A stretch of DNA of 42,936 nt from a virus (Duplodnaviria > Caudoviricetes). Every line of letters starts with the position of its first letter. The stretch's first letter is position 1. A model generated the notes under the pieces. That model was given only the letters and a program-made list of their open reading frames with translations, did not search any database and was not told where the DNA came from. The stretch spans positions 1 through 42,936 of IMG/VR virus record IMGVR_UViG_3300020306_000003; one strand, 5' to 3'. Positions 8,538-19,470 of the stretch are shown here, in pieces. The position numbers were made by a program, and so were the translations under genes.

Positions 8538-8566
8538 GGGGCCAGCGAAAGCTGGCTCTTTTTTTT
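8538..8566 (+). terminator. Intrinsic terminator after the capsid gene (T-phi equivalent)
   Basis: GGGGCCAGC-GAAA-GCTGGCTCT followed by a T run. Confidence 0.9.
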
Positions 8567-8586
8567 GCTTGCTAATACAATGTATG

Positions 8587-8601
8587 CAACGCCCTTGTAG
8601 A
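8587..8601 (+). promoter_or_regulatory. 15-bp motif copy CAACGCCCTTGTAGA
   Basis: 6 nt upstream of the tail tube A ATG; TACAAT ends 5 nt before it. Confidence 0.6.
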
Positions 8602-8607
8602 TGAGAA

Positions 8608-9267
8608 ATGGGATTAGCAAATCAGTCGGTTACTCCAGGTAAAACTGGCTTGCTGGATGCAGTAAATATCTTGCTAGAGAATATTGGTGAGCAACCTGTT
8701 AACACCTTAGAAAATCAACAAATCACAGACGCGAGAATTGCTGAAAGAACACTTCTTGAATTTCATAAAGAAGGTCAAATTAAAGGTTGGAGCTGGAACA
8801 CAGAAAGAGATTTTCCGTTTTCTAAGGACACTAATGGAGAAGTAAAAATTCCGACAAATGTTTTAAAGCTTTCGCTAGATCCATATCTTTATGCAGGTCG
8901 TTATCAACATCGAGGCACAAGGTTATATGACACGGAATATCGAACTTATGTTTTAGAGACAACGGTTACTGAAGTTTTATGTGATGTAATTTTTGGAATG
9001 GCATGGGATGAATGTCCAGAAGCATTTAATCGCTGGATAACAATTCGATCAGCAAGAGTGTTTGCCCAAAGAGTTTTAGGAGATAGTGCTTCGTTTAGAT
9101 ATACGCAAGAGGATGAGAAAGCAGCTCAGGTTGTTTTAGAGCGAATGGAGCAAGAACAGGAGCAAGCGAATTTACTAACAGGAGGAAGAAATCATTTGCC
9201 ATTCCCAACTTATGCCCCTGCTTCGGGTCTTAGCACTCGCCGCATAACTACTGGTATCAGACTCTAA
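8608..9267 (+). CDS. Tail tubular protein A (T7 gp11-like)
   Basis: LDAVNILLENIGEQPV and GWSWNTE motifs; synteny. Confidence 0.95.
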   Translation: MGLANQSVTPGKTGLLDAVNILLENIGEQPVNTLENQQITDARIAERTLLEFHKEGQIKGWSWNTERDFPFSKDTNGEVKIPTNVLKLSLDPYLYAGRYQHRGTRLYDTEYRTYVLETTVTEVLCDVIFGMAWDECPEAFNRWITIRSARVFAQRVLGDSASFRYTQEDEKAAQVVLERMEQEQEQANLLTGGRNHLPFPTYAPASGLSTRRITTGIRL

Positions 9268-11762
9268 TGGCTTTACGTTCCTATTCAATACCAAACCTAT
9301 CTCAAGGTATTTCACAACAGCCTGACGCTCAAAGAGATCCATCCCAAGGAGAGATACAAATCAATGGAATGTCATCCATCGTCGAAGGTTTACGAAAAAG
9401 AGATTCCAGCGAAGTCTTGGCAGAAGTCTCTAGCACCAGTTTTGGAGACTGTTTCATCCATAGTATTCTTAGGGATAATACTGAAGAATATCTTGCAGTA
9501 ATAAGCAACAACAACGTAAAGGTTTACGACCTTAATGGGAATGCCATAACTGTTAATAAGCCTAGTGGAGTTAGTTATTTATCAACTGTTACTGATGCAA
9601 GGCAGCATATAAGAGCTGTAACGATTGCTGATTTTACTTTCATAACTAATACAAAGAAAGTTCCAGCAATGAAAACTGCTACGGCTCCAGCTACAGCAAG
9701 ACCTTCTGCACATGAAGCCTTGGTATGGGTCAAAGGAGCTTCATACGGGAACCGTTACAAATTGACAGTCAATGGTAGTTCTGTAGAAGTTGCAACTCCT
9801 GTTGCTGCTGTAATTTCTAGTGGTGGTTCGGTTACAGAAAATAGAATTAGTTCTGAAGATATAGCTGAAAATTTAAAAAATGGAATTAGTGCAAGTGGAG
9901 TAACGATTACTAGAAGTGGTTCTGTTTTGCATTTAACTTCTTCAAGTGCAATTATATTGGCCGCTACAGACGCAAAAGCAAATCAAGATATTGCAATTTT
10001 CTTGCATGAAGTTCAAGCATTTACAGAGCTGCCAACAATTGCTCCTGTTGGTTATCAGATTTCAATTATTGGTGATCCAGGCAATGATTTTGATGGTTAT
10101 TACGTTGAATTTAAACCTAAGAGTGGAACTTTTGGAGAAGGTGCTTGGACAGAAACAGTTAGTCCAGGCGTTGAATACGAGGTCGATGAAGACACAATGC
10201 CTCATATTTTAGTGAGATTATCGAATGGTCAATTTTATTTTGGGCCTGCTGATGCAAGTACTCAATCAGGAACAGAAATGCCCAAATGGGGTGATCGAAT
10301 AGCTGGTGATTTTAATACAGCTCCAGATCCGAGCTTTATTGGTTTTCCTATTAATGACATCTTTATCTATAAAAATAGACTTGGATTCTTGTCCGATGAA
10401 AACGTCATTTTAAGTCGTGTTCGTGCGTTTTTTGAGTTTTTTCCTGAGACAGTCACGACAATTTTAGATACTGATCCGATTGATGTTGTAGCAAGTAATA
10501 ACAAAGTTTCTATTCTTAAATATGCCGTACCTTATCAAGATGAATTAATATTATTTAGCTCACAATATCAATTTAGATTTAACGCTGCCGAGACAATATT
10601 AACTCCCAAAACTGCACAAATAACAGTTCTAACTCAATTTGAAGTTGATATAAATGTCAGGCCACAACTAGCGGGTGGGGGTATTATCTTTGCACAATCT
10701 AATGGAGATTGGTCGCAGTTCAGAGAATTTAGTGTTCGTGGAGCTGGCACTGCTTTGACAGCAGATGCAGCAGATTTAACAGGGTATGTATCGGCCTATA
10801 TCCCAAGTCAGATGTTCAAGCTGACTGTAAATGATACAAGCAATGTAATGTTTGGAATAAGTGGTAAAACTGGTCATCAAAGTCGTATTTATGTTTATAA
10901 ATTTTTCTTCCGTAATACAGGGGATGGAACAGAAAGGGCTCAGTCTAGTTGGAGTCACTGGGATTTTTCAGGAGCCGATGAAGTCCTTCAGGTACTTGCA
11001 ATAAGAGAAACGCTTTATTGCTTAATGAGATATGGAACGAAGGTTTATTTAGAAAAGATTTCGGTCATGGATCGAATGCAAGAGCCTCAAGTTGGCTCTC
11101 CATATCCTCTTCTATTGGATCGGCGTATCTCAACTACTACTGAAACTCCGTCCTCAATGAGAGTTTCAATAGTTAGTTATGACGCAGTTACAAAGAAGAC
11201 GACTTGGACATTGCCTTACACAATCGCGGCAAGAACAGAAGCGTGGAGTGGATTTAGCACAACAGGAAACGGTGGTGTATATCTCGGTTCGGCAACGTCT
11301 GGAACGACAATTGTTGCTGATGGTGATTGGAGTAGTTCTCCGGTTTATTTTGGAGAGTCTTATACCTTTAGATACCGTTTTACTCGTTTTAAACTTTATA
11401 AGGAAATAGGAGGAGGTAAAGCAGCAGCAAATGTAGAAAGAACACAGGTAAGACACGCAAAACTTCGTTATCACGAATCACATTATTTTGAAGTCCATGT
11501 CATTCCAGAGGGAAGAGATACAGGAATTTATAAGTTTGATGGAACAGTTTTAGGTTCTAGAAACTCAGTATTAGGAAGTGCTTTACCTGATGGATGGACA
11601 CAAGATGATGAAAGGTTTTTTGAAGGAGTGTTCAATATTCCAATCATGAGTAGAGGTGAGAGGTGCATGGTGGAGATCCAGAATGACACTCCTCACCCTT
11701 GTAAGTTTTCTACTTGTGAGTGGGTTGCATTGGTAACTGGAAAGGCGGCAGCAATCAGATGA
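9267..11762 (+). CDS. Tail tubular protein B (T7 gp12-like)
   Basis: GISQQPD, PSFIG, KNRLGFLSDENVILS, QSSWSHW motifs; 831 aa. Confidence 0.96.
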   Translation: MALRSYSIPNLSQGISQQPDAQRDPSQGEIQINGMSSIVEGLRKRDSSEVLAEVSSTSFGDCFIHSILRDNTEEYLAVISNNNVKVYDLNGNAITVNKPSGVSYLSTVTDARQHIRAVTIADFTFITNTKKVPAMKTATAPATARPSAHEALVWVKGASYGNRYKLTVNGSSVEVATPVAAVISSGGSVTENRISSEDIAENLKNGISASGVTITRSGSVLHLTSSSAIILAATDAKANQDIAIFLHEVQAFTELPTIAPVGYQISIIGDPGNDFDGYYVEFKPKSGTFGEGAWTETVSPGVEYEVDEDTMPHILVRLSNGQFYFGPADASTQSGTEMPKWGDRIAGDFNTAPDPSFIGFPINDIFIYKNRLGFLSDENVILSRVRAFFEFFPETVTTILDTDPIDVVASNNKVSILKYAVPYQDELILFSSQYQFRFNAAETILTPKTAQITVLTQFEVDINVRPQLAGGGIIFAQSNGDWSQFREFSVRGAGTALTADAADLTGYVSAYIPSQMFKLTVNDTSNVMFGISGKTGHQSRIYVYKFFFRNTGDGTERAQSSWSHWDFSGADEVLQVLAIRETLYCLMRYGTKVYLEKISVMDRMQEPQVGSPYPLLLDRRISTTTETPSSMRVSIVSYDAVTKKTTWTLPYTIAARTEAWSGFSTTGNGGVYLGSATSGTTIVADGDWSSSPVYFGESYTFRYRFTRFKLYKEIGGGKAAANVERTQVRHAKLRYHESHYFEVHVIPEGRDTGIYKFDGTVLGSRNSVLGSALPDGWTQDDERFFEGVFNIPIMSRGERCMVEIQNDTPHPCKFSTCEWVALVTGKAAAIR

Positions 11763-12205
11763 GGTGGATAAAAGCGGAGCCTGGTGATATGTACGTCATT
11801 GGAGAAAACTTAAGAGAACAAGATAAGACTGAGGTTCGCTTAAGTCATGGTTTATCTCCTGTAGAAGCCTGTATAGAAAGTTACATAAACAGCAATGTAA
11901 TACAAGCAATTGAAGGAGATGATGGAGATCCAGTTGGTATTACGGGGTTGGTGGACAATTACATTTGGTTGCTAGGAACTGATAAATTAACAGCAACAAA
12001 AAATCATAGATGGCAATTATGTATTCATGGGCGAGAATGGGTAGAGTATTGCATTGATAGAGCTGGTGGAATGATTGAAAATTATGTTTATTCAGAAAAT
12101 AAAGAATCAATTCGTTGGTTAAAACATTTGGGCTTTAATATTGGGGAGCCAGAACCTTACGGGGTCGCGGAGAAAATGTTCTGTCATTTTTGGAGGAAAG
12201 CATAA
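11759..12205 (+). CDS. Internal virion protein A / GNAT-fold protein (T7 gp13-like)
   Basis: LREQDKTE, IWLLGT, NYVYSENKESIRWLKHLGF; ATG 11759 (ATGA overlap) preferred to 11720. Confidence 0.85.
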   Translation: MRWIKAEPGDMYVIGENLREQDKTEVRLSHGLSPVEACIESYINSNVIQAIEGDDGDPVGITGLVDNYIWLLGTDKLTATKNHRWQLCIHGREWVEYCIDRAGGMIENYVYSENKESIRWLKHLGFNIGEPEPYGVAEKMFCHFWRKA

Positions 12206-13081
12206 ATGGCTGGTCCACTTGCTTTTTTAGCCACCCCTGGGGGCCAAGCTGCGGCTGTAGGAGGGCTTCAATTCCTTCAGGGAATGATGCAGTTTGGAGC
12301 GAAGAAACAAGAACATGCAAATCAGGTCGCTTATAAAGCTGCTCAAGATGAATACTCTGCTTGGAATGCTTCTCTACAAGCAAAGACATCTAACCTAAAT
12401 AAAAAATATAAGTATTTCCAAGATCAAGTTAATTGGGGCCAGCAAAATAATTACGTTGCGAGTTTAAGGAATTTCGAGTTATCAAAAGCAATAGCTCAAG
12501 CAGATGTTGTTAGAGATACGAGAGTTTCGGCTGGTGTTGATTATGTCCGACAAAGTGATGCGTTAAACGCTGCCAATGCAGAGCAAGCGATGTCTGATGC
12601 AATGTCGTTGTTCCATTACAAGACACAAGCATTAAGGATGGCTGCTAGTGCGATGGCTGGAGGAACAGGAATGGTTGATCGAATACAGAACGACTATCAA
12701 ATGCAGTTAGGGAATCAATCAACGATTATGGCAATTAATAAGGGATTTAGAGATCGACAACTTTCGAGAGAACAAGCAGGGGCAATAGCTGGATATTTAG
12801 AAAAGTTTAATTCTCAGCAGTTTTATCAAATGCAAGAGTACCAAGATCCATTACGTCCGTTTGCACCATTGCCAACATTGGTTGGTGCTGTACCTCCATC
12901 AATGGTGGGCGGGGCTCCAAGTGCTACTGCGGCATTCTTAAGTTCAGCTATTGGAGCTGTAGGAGCTGGTATCAACACTTATGGAACCTTAAGCAAGTAC
13001 ACGGCTGGTGGCGGCGGCCTCAAGATTAATAACACCGTGGTTGACGAATTTTCTACAACTAGAACAGCGGGGTATGCGTAA
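12206..13081 (+). CDS. Internal virion protein (T7 gp14-like)
   Basis: Ala/Gln-rich with hydrophobic ends; synteny. Confidence 0.75.
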   Translation: MAGPLAFLATPGGQAAAVGGLQFLQGMMQFGAKKQEHANQVAYKAAQDEYSAWNASLQAKTSNLNKKYKYFQDQVNWGQQNNYVASLRNFELSKAIAQADVVRDTRVSAGVDYVRQSDALNAANAEQAMSDAMSLFHYKTQALRMAASAMAGGTGMVDRIQNDYQMQLGNQSTIMAINKGFRDRQLSREQAGAIAGYLEKFNSQQFYQMQEYQDPLRPFAPLPTLVGAVPPSMVGGAPSATAAFLSSAIGAVGAGINTYGTLSKYTAGGGGLKINNTVVDEFSTTRTAGYA

Positions 13082-15333
13082 TGGCTAATGATCGTTTACC
13101 GCTAAGTCAGATCCAACCGTCTGCCAAACCTGTCTCAAGTTTTATTAGGACACAGGCTATTAATCCCGCAGCTCCAGCGAAGCCTTCAATGCTTCCAAGT
13201 GCTTCTGGAGTACAAATTGTTCAGAGAGGAAATGTTTCTAATATAAAAGGCTATAACAGCCTTCAAGAATTATCAGAGGCAGTTAAATTATTAGTTCCTG
13301 TTGTTGATGCAGGGTTAGAACTTTATGCGTCAAAAACGTATGTAGATGGACAGCAGCAATTATTAAAAGCAGCGAGAAATAATAATAATGCGATGGTAAA
13401 GAGTGGTGAGAATTATGCAGCAGAAAATAGAGTTGTTCATCGAAATAATGAGGCGGCTGGAATATTAATGGATGAAATGAATCCTTACCGAAAGGCAGGG
13501 ATGTTAGCTCAAGCAAGTGCAATCACAGCAACATTAGTACCGCAGGCATTTAACAAAGCATGGTTAGAGAATGGAACATTATTATCTAAATTAGATCCTG
13601 GTGATCCAGCGATAAATCAATTAAAAGCAAAGGTAACAAATGATCTTGCAAATGTTTATGGATTAGATGAATATTCTCCAGGTTTTATTGATAAAGTTCT
13701 TCCTAAAATTAATAGAGAATGGGAACAATTACAGAATAAACATTTTAGTGCAAATGTTAAATATAAGAAGCATGTAAAAGAAATTCAAACAGCAGATGGA
13801 TTAGAAGCAATTATGGAAAGTAATCTTAGTGAAAATGAAAAATATAAAGCGTTTGCTGGTTTTATATCTAAGGCAGCAGCGACTTCAGGTTTAACTGGTG
13901 AAGCACAACCAATGATAGAAGATGCAATTATTAGATTAGGAAAGAAATTACAATGGGAATCTGTAACTGGTGCAAATACAAAGGCACAAAGTTTATTACA
14001 ACAACTAAATAGGATGCCTTCTGGAATCGTTGGTGCAGATGGATTGATGCAAACGGTTGGTGATGTTCATGGCCCTAGATTATATGTAGATACTGATTCA
14101 GTTGCTTCTGTTGCTTATAAAGAATATAACAAAGGTCAAAAGAATTTAGGTGCTAGTTTTGAACAAACTTATGCTGAAGAATTTTATAAAGCTAGGAATA
14201 ATCCTCAGAAATTAGCAGAATTAAAAGAACAAGCACTTAGTGATAAAAACTTTGAAGGATATGCCTTTACTGAAAAATTAAAATATATAAATAATTGGAA
14301 TGAAACAATTGATAAAAATATAGAAAATTCAGTTGATATGACTGATTGGAACGGGTATTTAGAAGGACTTGATCGAAAGATTGGTAATGAATTTAATGTA
14401 GAAGAAGAGGATAAATTATTTTGGGAGAAGATGGAGTCTGTTCCATTAAGAGCAACAGAGACAAGAATAAAAATAAGAGATCGTTATAACAAAATAAGGG
14501 CGAAAAAAATATCGGCAGTTGAGCAAAGTATTGATGTACCTAACTTAAAAAGTGTTCTTAAAGATAGATTGGCAGCAATATTAGAAGATAAGTTTCCTGA
14601 CATGGAAACAGGAATATTTAGAGATGATAATTTCGATATTATGGATTACTTGGCAAATGGAGAGTTAAATAAGGCAACAGCAGAAGCGAAAATAGCTCAA
14701 ACTTTATACGAGAAATCTCTTGTTGGGATACAACAACAAGCAATAAAATTAGGTAAAGATGAATTATCTATTGTTGAACAAAATGAAGCAATTAATAAGG
14801 CTATTGATGAATATGTAGGATCGCCTTTATTTAAAACTCATGTTGGTGGCAATGCTGTTAAAGAAGATAACAAAGAGACAGCTAAAGGAGGAGAAGTTAC
14901 TACAGATAAACAAGTCAATGCTCCAGTAGATCGAATTTATTTCAAGGCTTCAATGCCAATTTCAAAAGAAAGATTGCAGCAATGGGAGACAGTACCAATT
15001 TATTCAGCAGATGAAATTAAAAAGATTTGGGAAAGAGTGAAAAGGGGATCTGAACCACCTTTGAATTTATTAAGAGGAGCGAATCAAAATGGTATTAATC
15101 CAGCGAAATTACTTCTACAAAATATAGATCTTTGGGAAAAGTTGAATGGGAAGCCATTCGATTGGACTCCATCTGCGGAAGAACGTCTACAACTTTTGAC
15201 TGAAGGTAATCAAGCTAAAGGTTTAATTGATGGTTCTTTAACTGCTGTTGCTCTTCCTGGGGCATTGGCTTCAGCGAGCAATGTTCTGAACAACATTTTA
15301 ACTGGAAATTCTTCTATCTCTTTGAGGGTTTAA
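13081..15333 (+). CDS. Internal virion protein (T7 gp15-like)
   Basis: 750-aa helical-looking protein in the gp15 position. Confidence 0.7.
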   Translation: MANDRLPLSQIQPSAKPVSSFIRTQAINPAAPAKPSMLPSASGVQIVQRGNVSNIKGYNSLQELSEAVKLLVPVVDAGLELYASKTYVDGQQQLLKAARNNNNAMVKSGENYAAENRVVHRNNEAAGILMDEMNPYRKAGMLAQASAITATLVPQAFNKAWLENGTLLSKLDPGDPAINQLKAKVTNDLANVYGLDEYSPGFIDKVLPKINREWEQLQNKHFSANVKYKKHVKEIQTADGLEAIMESNLSENEKYKAFAGFISKAAATSGLTGEAQPMIEDAIIRLGKKLQWESVTGANTKAQSLLQQLNRMPSGIVGADGLMQTVGDVHGPRLYVDTDSVASVAYKEYNKGQKNLGASFEQTYAEEFYKARNNPQKLAELKEQALSDKNFEGYAFTEKLKYINNWNETIDKNIENSVDMTDWNGYLEGLDRKIGNEFNVEEEDKLFWEKMESVPLRATETRIKIRDRYNKIRAKKISAVEQSIDVPNLKSVLKDRLAAILEDKFPDMETGIFRDDNFDIMDYLANGELNKATAEAKIAQTLYEKSLVGIQQQAIKLGKDELSIVEQNEAINKAIDEYVGSPLFKTHVGGNAVKEDNKETAKGGEVTTDKQVNAPVDRIYFKASMPISKERLQQWETVPIYSADEIKKIWERVKRGSEPPLNLLRGANQNGINPAKLLLQNIDLWEKLNGKPFDWTPSAEERLQLLTEGNQAKGLIDGSLTAVALPGALASASNVLNNILTGNSSISLRV

Positions 15334-15336
15334 CCA

Positions 15337-18300
15337 ATGACAACTACACCATTAAACGTCGATCTACTTGAAGAGGATGATGATGAAGAGAAGAACATAG
15401 GAGCTGAGACTAATGCTGTTCAGCCTCAAGTAATTGAGAAAAAAGATGATGAGCAGACAAGAGTAGATGAAATATCAAATAAGTACGACAAAGCAAGAAA
15501 AGATTTAACTGGTGCTGGTTTACATCCAGAGGCAAGCGTTGATTTAACGCAACCTTGGAATGAAGAGGAAGATACTTTTGCAGAAGGCAAATGGGGGAAA
15601 AGACCTTGGTATGACCAATTAGCATGGTGGATTCTTGCCCCAGATTTTGATCAACGTCAGACGGCTCATCTTCTTGATAATTTTGAGAAGGTAGAAAAAG
15701 AAAAATTAAATGTTGTAGAAGGTTTAACTAACTATTACACCGAAGGAATTACGAGAGGTTTTAAACATGAGCTAACAAGAATTGATAGTCCAGGGAAGTT
15801 TGCAGCAAGAGTTCCTTATGCAGCATTAAGAACTATTGGGATTCCAAAAGCTCAAGCAAATCTAGGTTATCTAGGAACAGGCGATGCAGTCCTTGGAGCT
15901 ATTCAGAATGTTGCTGATTGGGATTGGGGTGAGCTTGCAAAAGTACCAGGATTTGATGCTTTAGCTTTATTGCCTGAAAAATATCGAAAAGGTTCATATA
16001 TAGATAAAGGTTTTGGTTGGACAGATACAGCACAAAGAGCGATGTACACGGCACATGGATTTAAAGATCCAGCCGAATGGACGCAAGAAGAGATTAACGG
16101 TATGGAGGCAAGATCAAGTCTCATGCTCAATGTTGGGTTAGGACTTTTGACATTGGGATCTGGCAATCTTATTGCTGGCAGTTCAAATATTGCAACCAAA
16201 GCTCCATATCTTGCTAAAGCTACAAGATGGTTAAATCCTTCAAACGCAAAAAACATGTTAGATGCGTTTGCTCGTCTTTCTGTTATTAATGTTTTAGATG
16301 AATTTCCTTCTACTTGGTTAGATCGAAATGAAGGTGGAAGTGCTGCTTCGTTTTTGTCTTTTGCTGGTATTGATTGGGACCCAGCAACTACCCCAGGTCT
16401 AACGAAGTGGGAGTCTGCCGAAAAAGCTTTTGGGCCTAACCTTGCCGCAAGTTTGCTTTTTACAACTGCTTTAAATTATCTTCCTTTAAAGCAAGGTATT
16501 AAAGATGCAAAGACAGGATTTGAAAAGTGGGAACCTGATATTGAAGGCCCATTAGCAGCGGGGAAAAATATTTATGAAAGAGCAGATATTATTACGAATA
16601 AAGCATACGATTGGATAGAAGGTAATTTTCAAAATACTTATCGTGCTATTCGTTCTAAAGATATATTTAACCGTAGAACTGAGATAAGAAATAATCAAGT
16701 TAAGAGTGGTCTAATTGAAGAAACTACTGATGGAGGATATAAGCAAGGAACTTTAGCTTTTGAAGAAACAAAACCAACAGCAGAAGAAGCAGCACAAGCT
16801 TTAAAAGATAAGTATATAAAGCCTGAAAATGCTGTTGAGTCAGATGCTTTAGAGGAAGCTTTAGACACAGGTAGTACCGCAGAATTAATAGAAATTGAGA
16901 CAAGGGTTGAGGCAGGTGAGCCTGTTGTCACAGTTACCGATGAGGTCTTAAGTCGTCCTGTCGCTGAGAAAGAATTTCCATCAACTGAAAAGTTTAATTT
17001 AGTAGAAGAAAGTGAAGAGGGCTTAGAATTTGAATTGGAAATGGTAGATGATTTAGATAAAGAACAATTAGGTAAATTACTAGAAGATAGAAAGATTTTG
17101 GCGAGGATTAAAAAGTTAACTGGTAAGGACAAAGGTGATCCTTGGGTAACAATTGATCGTATAGATATTGCTAAAGCGTTAAAAGATTTACAGGCAAATG
17201 ATGGGTTAGTTATTCAAAGAACTCCTGATGTTTATGAAGAGGCAATGGAGAATGTTAGGAGAATCAATGAGAACTTAAAGGCTGAAAAAGTTGAAGGCGA
17301 AGCACCTATAGAAAGAGTTGATACAAGAGGATTTGAGAAAGAAGATATGTTGGCTTATCAGAGATTAGTAAATTCAATTGATAAGGCTATAGGTTCTGAA
17401 TGGAAAGGTGGTCTTGATTCAGCAGGGGATGTTTTAAATGTTTTAAATGTTGCAAGAGTTACGTTAGAAGAAGGAGTTCAAAGAGCTTTAAGAGATTTTG
17501 CAAGAGTAACAACGAGCCTAAGTGGAAGACGTTTAAATGTAGATGAGCAATTACCAGGGGCTAAATTTGTATTAAATCAAGCAAGAAGAGATAGAAGAGA
17601 GTTATTAAATGGAATCACTAAAAGAGCCCTAGAACGAGGAGAAGCAAGACCACCCTCAACAACACTTCCTAAGACACCAGAGCCAGGTAATTTTAATTCT
17701 GAAAAAGTAGTAGATGATTTATTAAATGGAAGAGTTACTGATGATGTTATTGAAGCATTAGACAATGAAGTTCGATTAATTGAAGAGAATGGAAAGCTAG
17801 ATGCTGCAAGAGAAGCAGACCAGAAGATTGCAGAAAGAAGAGTTAGCGATTACGAGAGTAAAACTTATGAACAGAAGAAAGCTGAAGGCCTTTTAGATAA
17901 TTTAAAGCAAAGAAAAGAAGGTTTTCTTCCTTTTGCAGCAAGAAAATTTAGTGATGTAAATGAAGAAACTATTCCAAAGATGCCTGATAGAGATCTGCTT
18001 GTTGAAATTGCAAGTAGGAAAAAGAAGAAATTAACAGCAAGGCAAATAGCAAATAGACAAAAAGTGCTTAAAAAGTTTCAAGCGTTAAATGATGAGCAAG
18101 CTGCTATTACACAAAAATTTTCAGATGCTTCTTTAGAAGAACTTGGAGATGATACAAAATATTCTGATTCACTTTTAGATAAGAGAGATGAGATATACGA
18201 GAAATTAAAAAAGGCTGGTGTGTTTAAGAAAGAAAAAGAGCTTGCTGAAAATGATCTTTTAAATCAATTGTTAGCAGAAAAAGCCAGGAGAGAAGCAGAA

Positions 18301-19470
18301 GGAATATCAATTCCAATATCACCAGCCACGCAAAATATGGAAAATCTTATGCGTAAAGGACAAGAGATAAAGTATCCAGACAGTAAAGCCTTTGATGTAA
18401 AGCAAAGCAGCTTTGGCCCTGATACAGATTTCACGGGTGGAGAATATAACGAGCGTTTAGTAAGACAACAGTTAATGGAGATTCAGGCAGGGGAAAAAAT
18501 AACGAAAAATCAACATTTAATGAATTATGGGGCAGAGATTGAAAACTCTTTAATAGGAAGGATACAACAATCGAAAGTGCTTGCAGACGAAGCGAAGGAA
18601 GCACTTAAGGATGCTTATAAAATATCTGGTCTTTTACCAGAGCAACTTGGTTATTTAAACGAAATAGAGTCAATAAAATTATTTGGTCTTGATGCCACAA
18701 TTGGCTCTGTTGCTGAGTGGAGGCCACATCATGCAACCTTTATGGCTAGGAATCCTGATGATCCTTTAACGAAAACTGCTGCTGGTCAAACCTCAGGTTT
18801 GTTTTATGGAGATAAAACTGGAAACGTTCACAAGTCGATGATCCTTCTTGCCCTTCATCCAAATCTAGGCCATCGCCTTGGAGGATTGTCAGCACTCGAC
18901 GGAGTTTCGCCAAGATGGCTTGGAATTGACGCTGCACATGAATCATTTCACTCTGTTCAAGAATGGTTGGATTTCTTAGGTGCTACTAAGTATCAGGAAG
19001 CACTTCTCTCTGAGAAAGGTTTAGCAGATATGGTAGAGATTATCAAGAAAGGCGGTGGAAATTATAAAGAGGGTATGTCTCCATTTGAAATACAAGCCGA
19101 AGCATTTGGTGTTTGGTTTGCTAATCGCAAGATCAAATTAAAGGCTGGGCCTATCAAATCTTCATTTGAAAGAATAAAAATGTTCTTATCTGCATTAAGA
19201 AGAAAAATAAACTTTATTAGAAAGAAAGATCCTTCTTTTGTTGATGTCTTTGAGTTAGCAGCGAATGGAACGATTGCAAGAAGAGGATTAATCAAAAAGC
19301 TAACACCTGAACAATTGCAGGGATTAGTCCCTCGAATTGATGCAGCTATTAATGCAGAAATGCCTGAGTTAACTATGCAAGTTTTCAAGTTCCTAGAAGC
19401 TAAGAAGCTTGCCTATGACGACTTGCTGGGCAGTAACAATTCAAAGTTCTACAAAGGAGGCTGTACCTAA
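15337..19470 (+). CDS. Large internal virion protein with a C-terminal zincin-like HExxH domain
   Basis: 1377 aa; HESFH at 18937-18951 and EIQAEAF at 19087-19107; position in the ejectosome block. Confidence 0.7.
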   Translation: MTTTPLNVDLLEEDDDEEKNIGAETNAVQPQVIEKKDDEQTRVDEISNKYDKARKDLTGAGLHPEASVDLTQPWNEEEDTFAEGKWGKRPWYDQLAWWILAPDFDQRQTAHLLDNFEKVEKEKLNVVEGLTNYYTEGITRGFKHELTRIDSPGKFAARVPYAALRTIGIPKAQANLGYLGTGDAVLGAIQNVADWDWGELAKVPGFDALALLPEKYRKGSYIDKGFGWTDTAQRAMYTAHGFKDPAEWTQEEINGMEARSSLMLNVGLGLLTLGSGNLIAGSSNIATKAPYLAKATRWLNPSNAKNMLDAFARLSVINVLDEFPSTWLDRNEGGSAASFLSFAGIDWDPATTPGLTKWESAEKAFGPNLAASLLFTTALNYLPLKQGIKDAKTGFEKWEPDIEGPLAAGKNIYERADIITNKAYDWIEGNFQNTYRAIRSKDIFNRRTEIRNNQVKSGLIEETTDGGYKQGTLAFEETKPTAEEAAQALKDKYIKPENAVESDALEEALDTGSTAELIEIETRVEAGEPVVTVTDEVLSRPVAEKEFPSTEKFNLVEESEEGLEFELEMVDDLDKEQLGKLLEDRKILARIKKLTGKDKGDPWVTIDRIDIAKALKDLQANDGLVIQRTPDVYEEAMENVRRINENLKAEKVEGEAPIERVDTRGFEKEDMLAYQRLVNSIDKAIGSEWKGGLDSAGDVLNVLNVARVTLEEGVQRALRDFARVTTSLSGRRLNVDEQLPGAKFVLNQARRDRRELLNGITKRALERGEARPPSTTLPKTPEPGNFNSEKVVDDLLNGRVTDDVIEALDNEVRLIEENGKLDAAREADQKIAERRVSDYESKTYEQKKAEGLLDNLKQRKEGFLPFAARKFSDVNEETIPKMPDRDLLVEIASRKKKKLTARQIANRQKVLKKFQALNDEQAAITQKFSDASLEELGDDTKYSDSLLDKRDEIYEKLKKAGVFKKEKELAENDLLNQLLAEKARREAEGISIPISPATQNMENLMRKGQEIKYPDSKAFDVKQSSFGPDTDFTGGEYNERLVRQQLMEIQAGEKITKNQHLMNYGAEIENSLIGRIQQSKVLADEAKEALKDAYKISGLLPEQLGYLNEIESIKLFGLDATIGSVAEWRPHHATFMARNPDDPLTKTAAGQTSGLFYGDKTGNVHKSMILLALHPNLGHRLGGLSALDGVSPRWLGIDAAHESFHSVQEWLDFLGATKYQEALLSEKGLADMVEIIKKGGGNYKEGMSPFEIQAEAFGVWFANRKIKLKAGPIKSSFERIKMFLSALRRKINFIRKKDPSFVDVFELAANGTIARRGLIKKLTPEQLQGLVPRIDAAINAEMPELTMQVFKFLEAKKLAYDDLLGSNNSKFYKGGCT

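Noticed and set aside
8480-8570. T7 gp10B-type frameshift extension of the capsid
   Set aside because: Tandem stops and a terminator follow directly, leaving no extended frame
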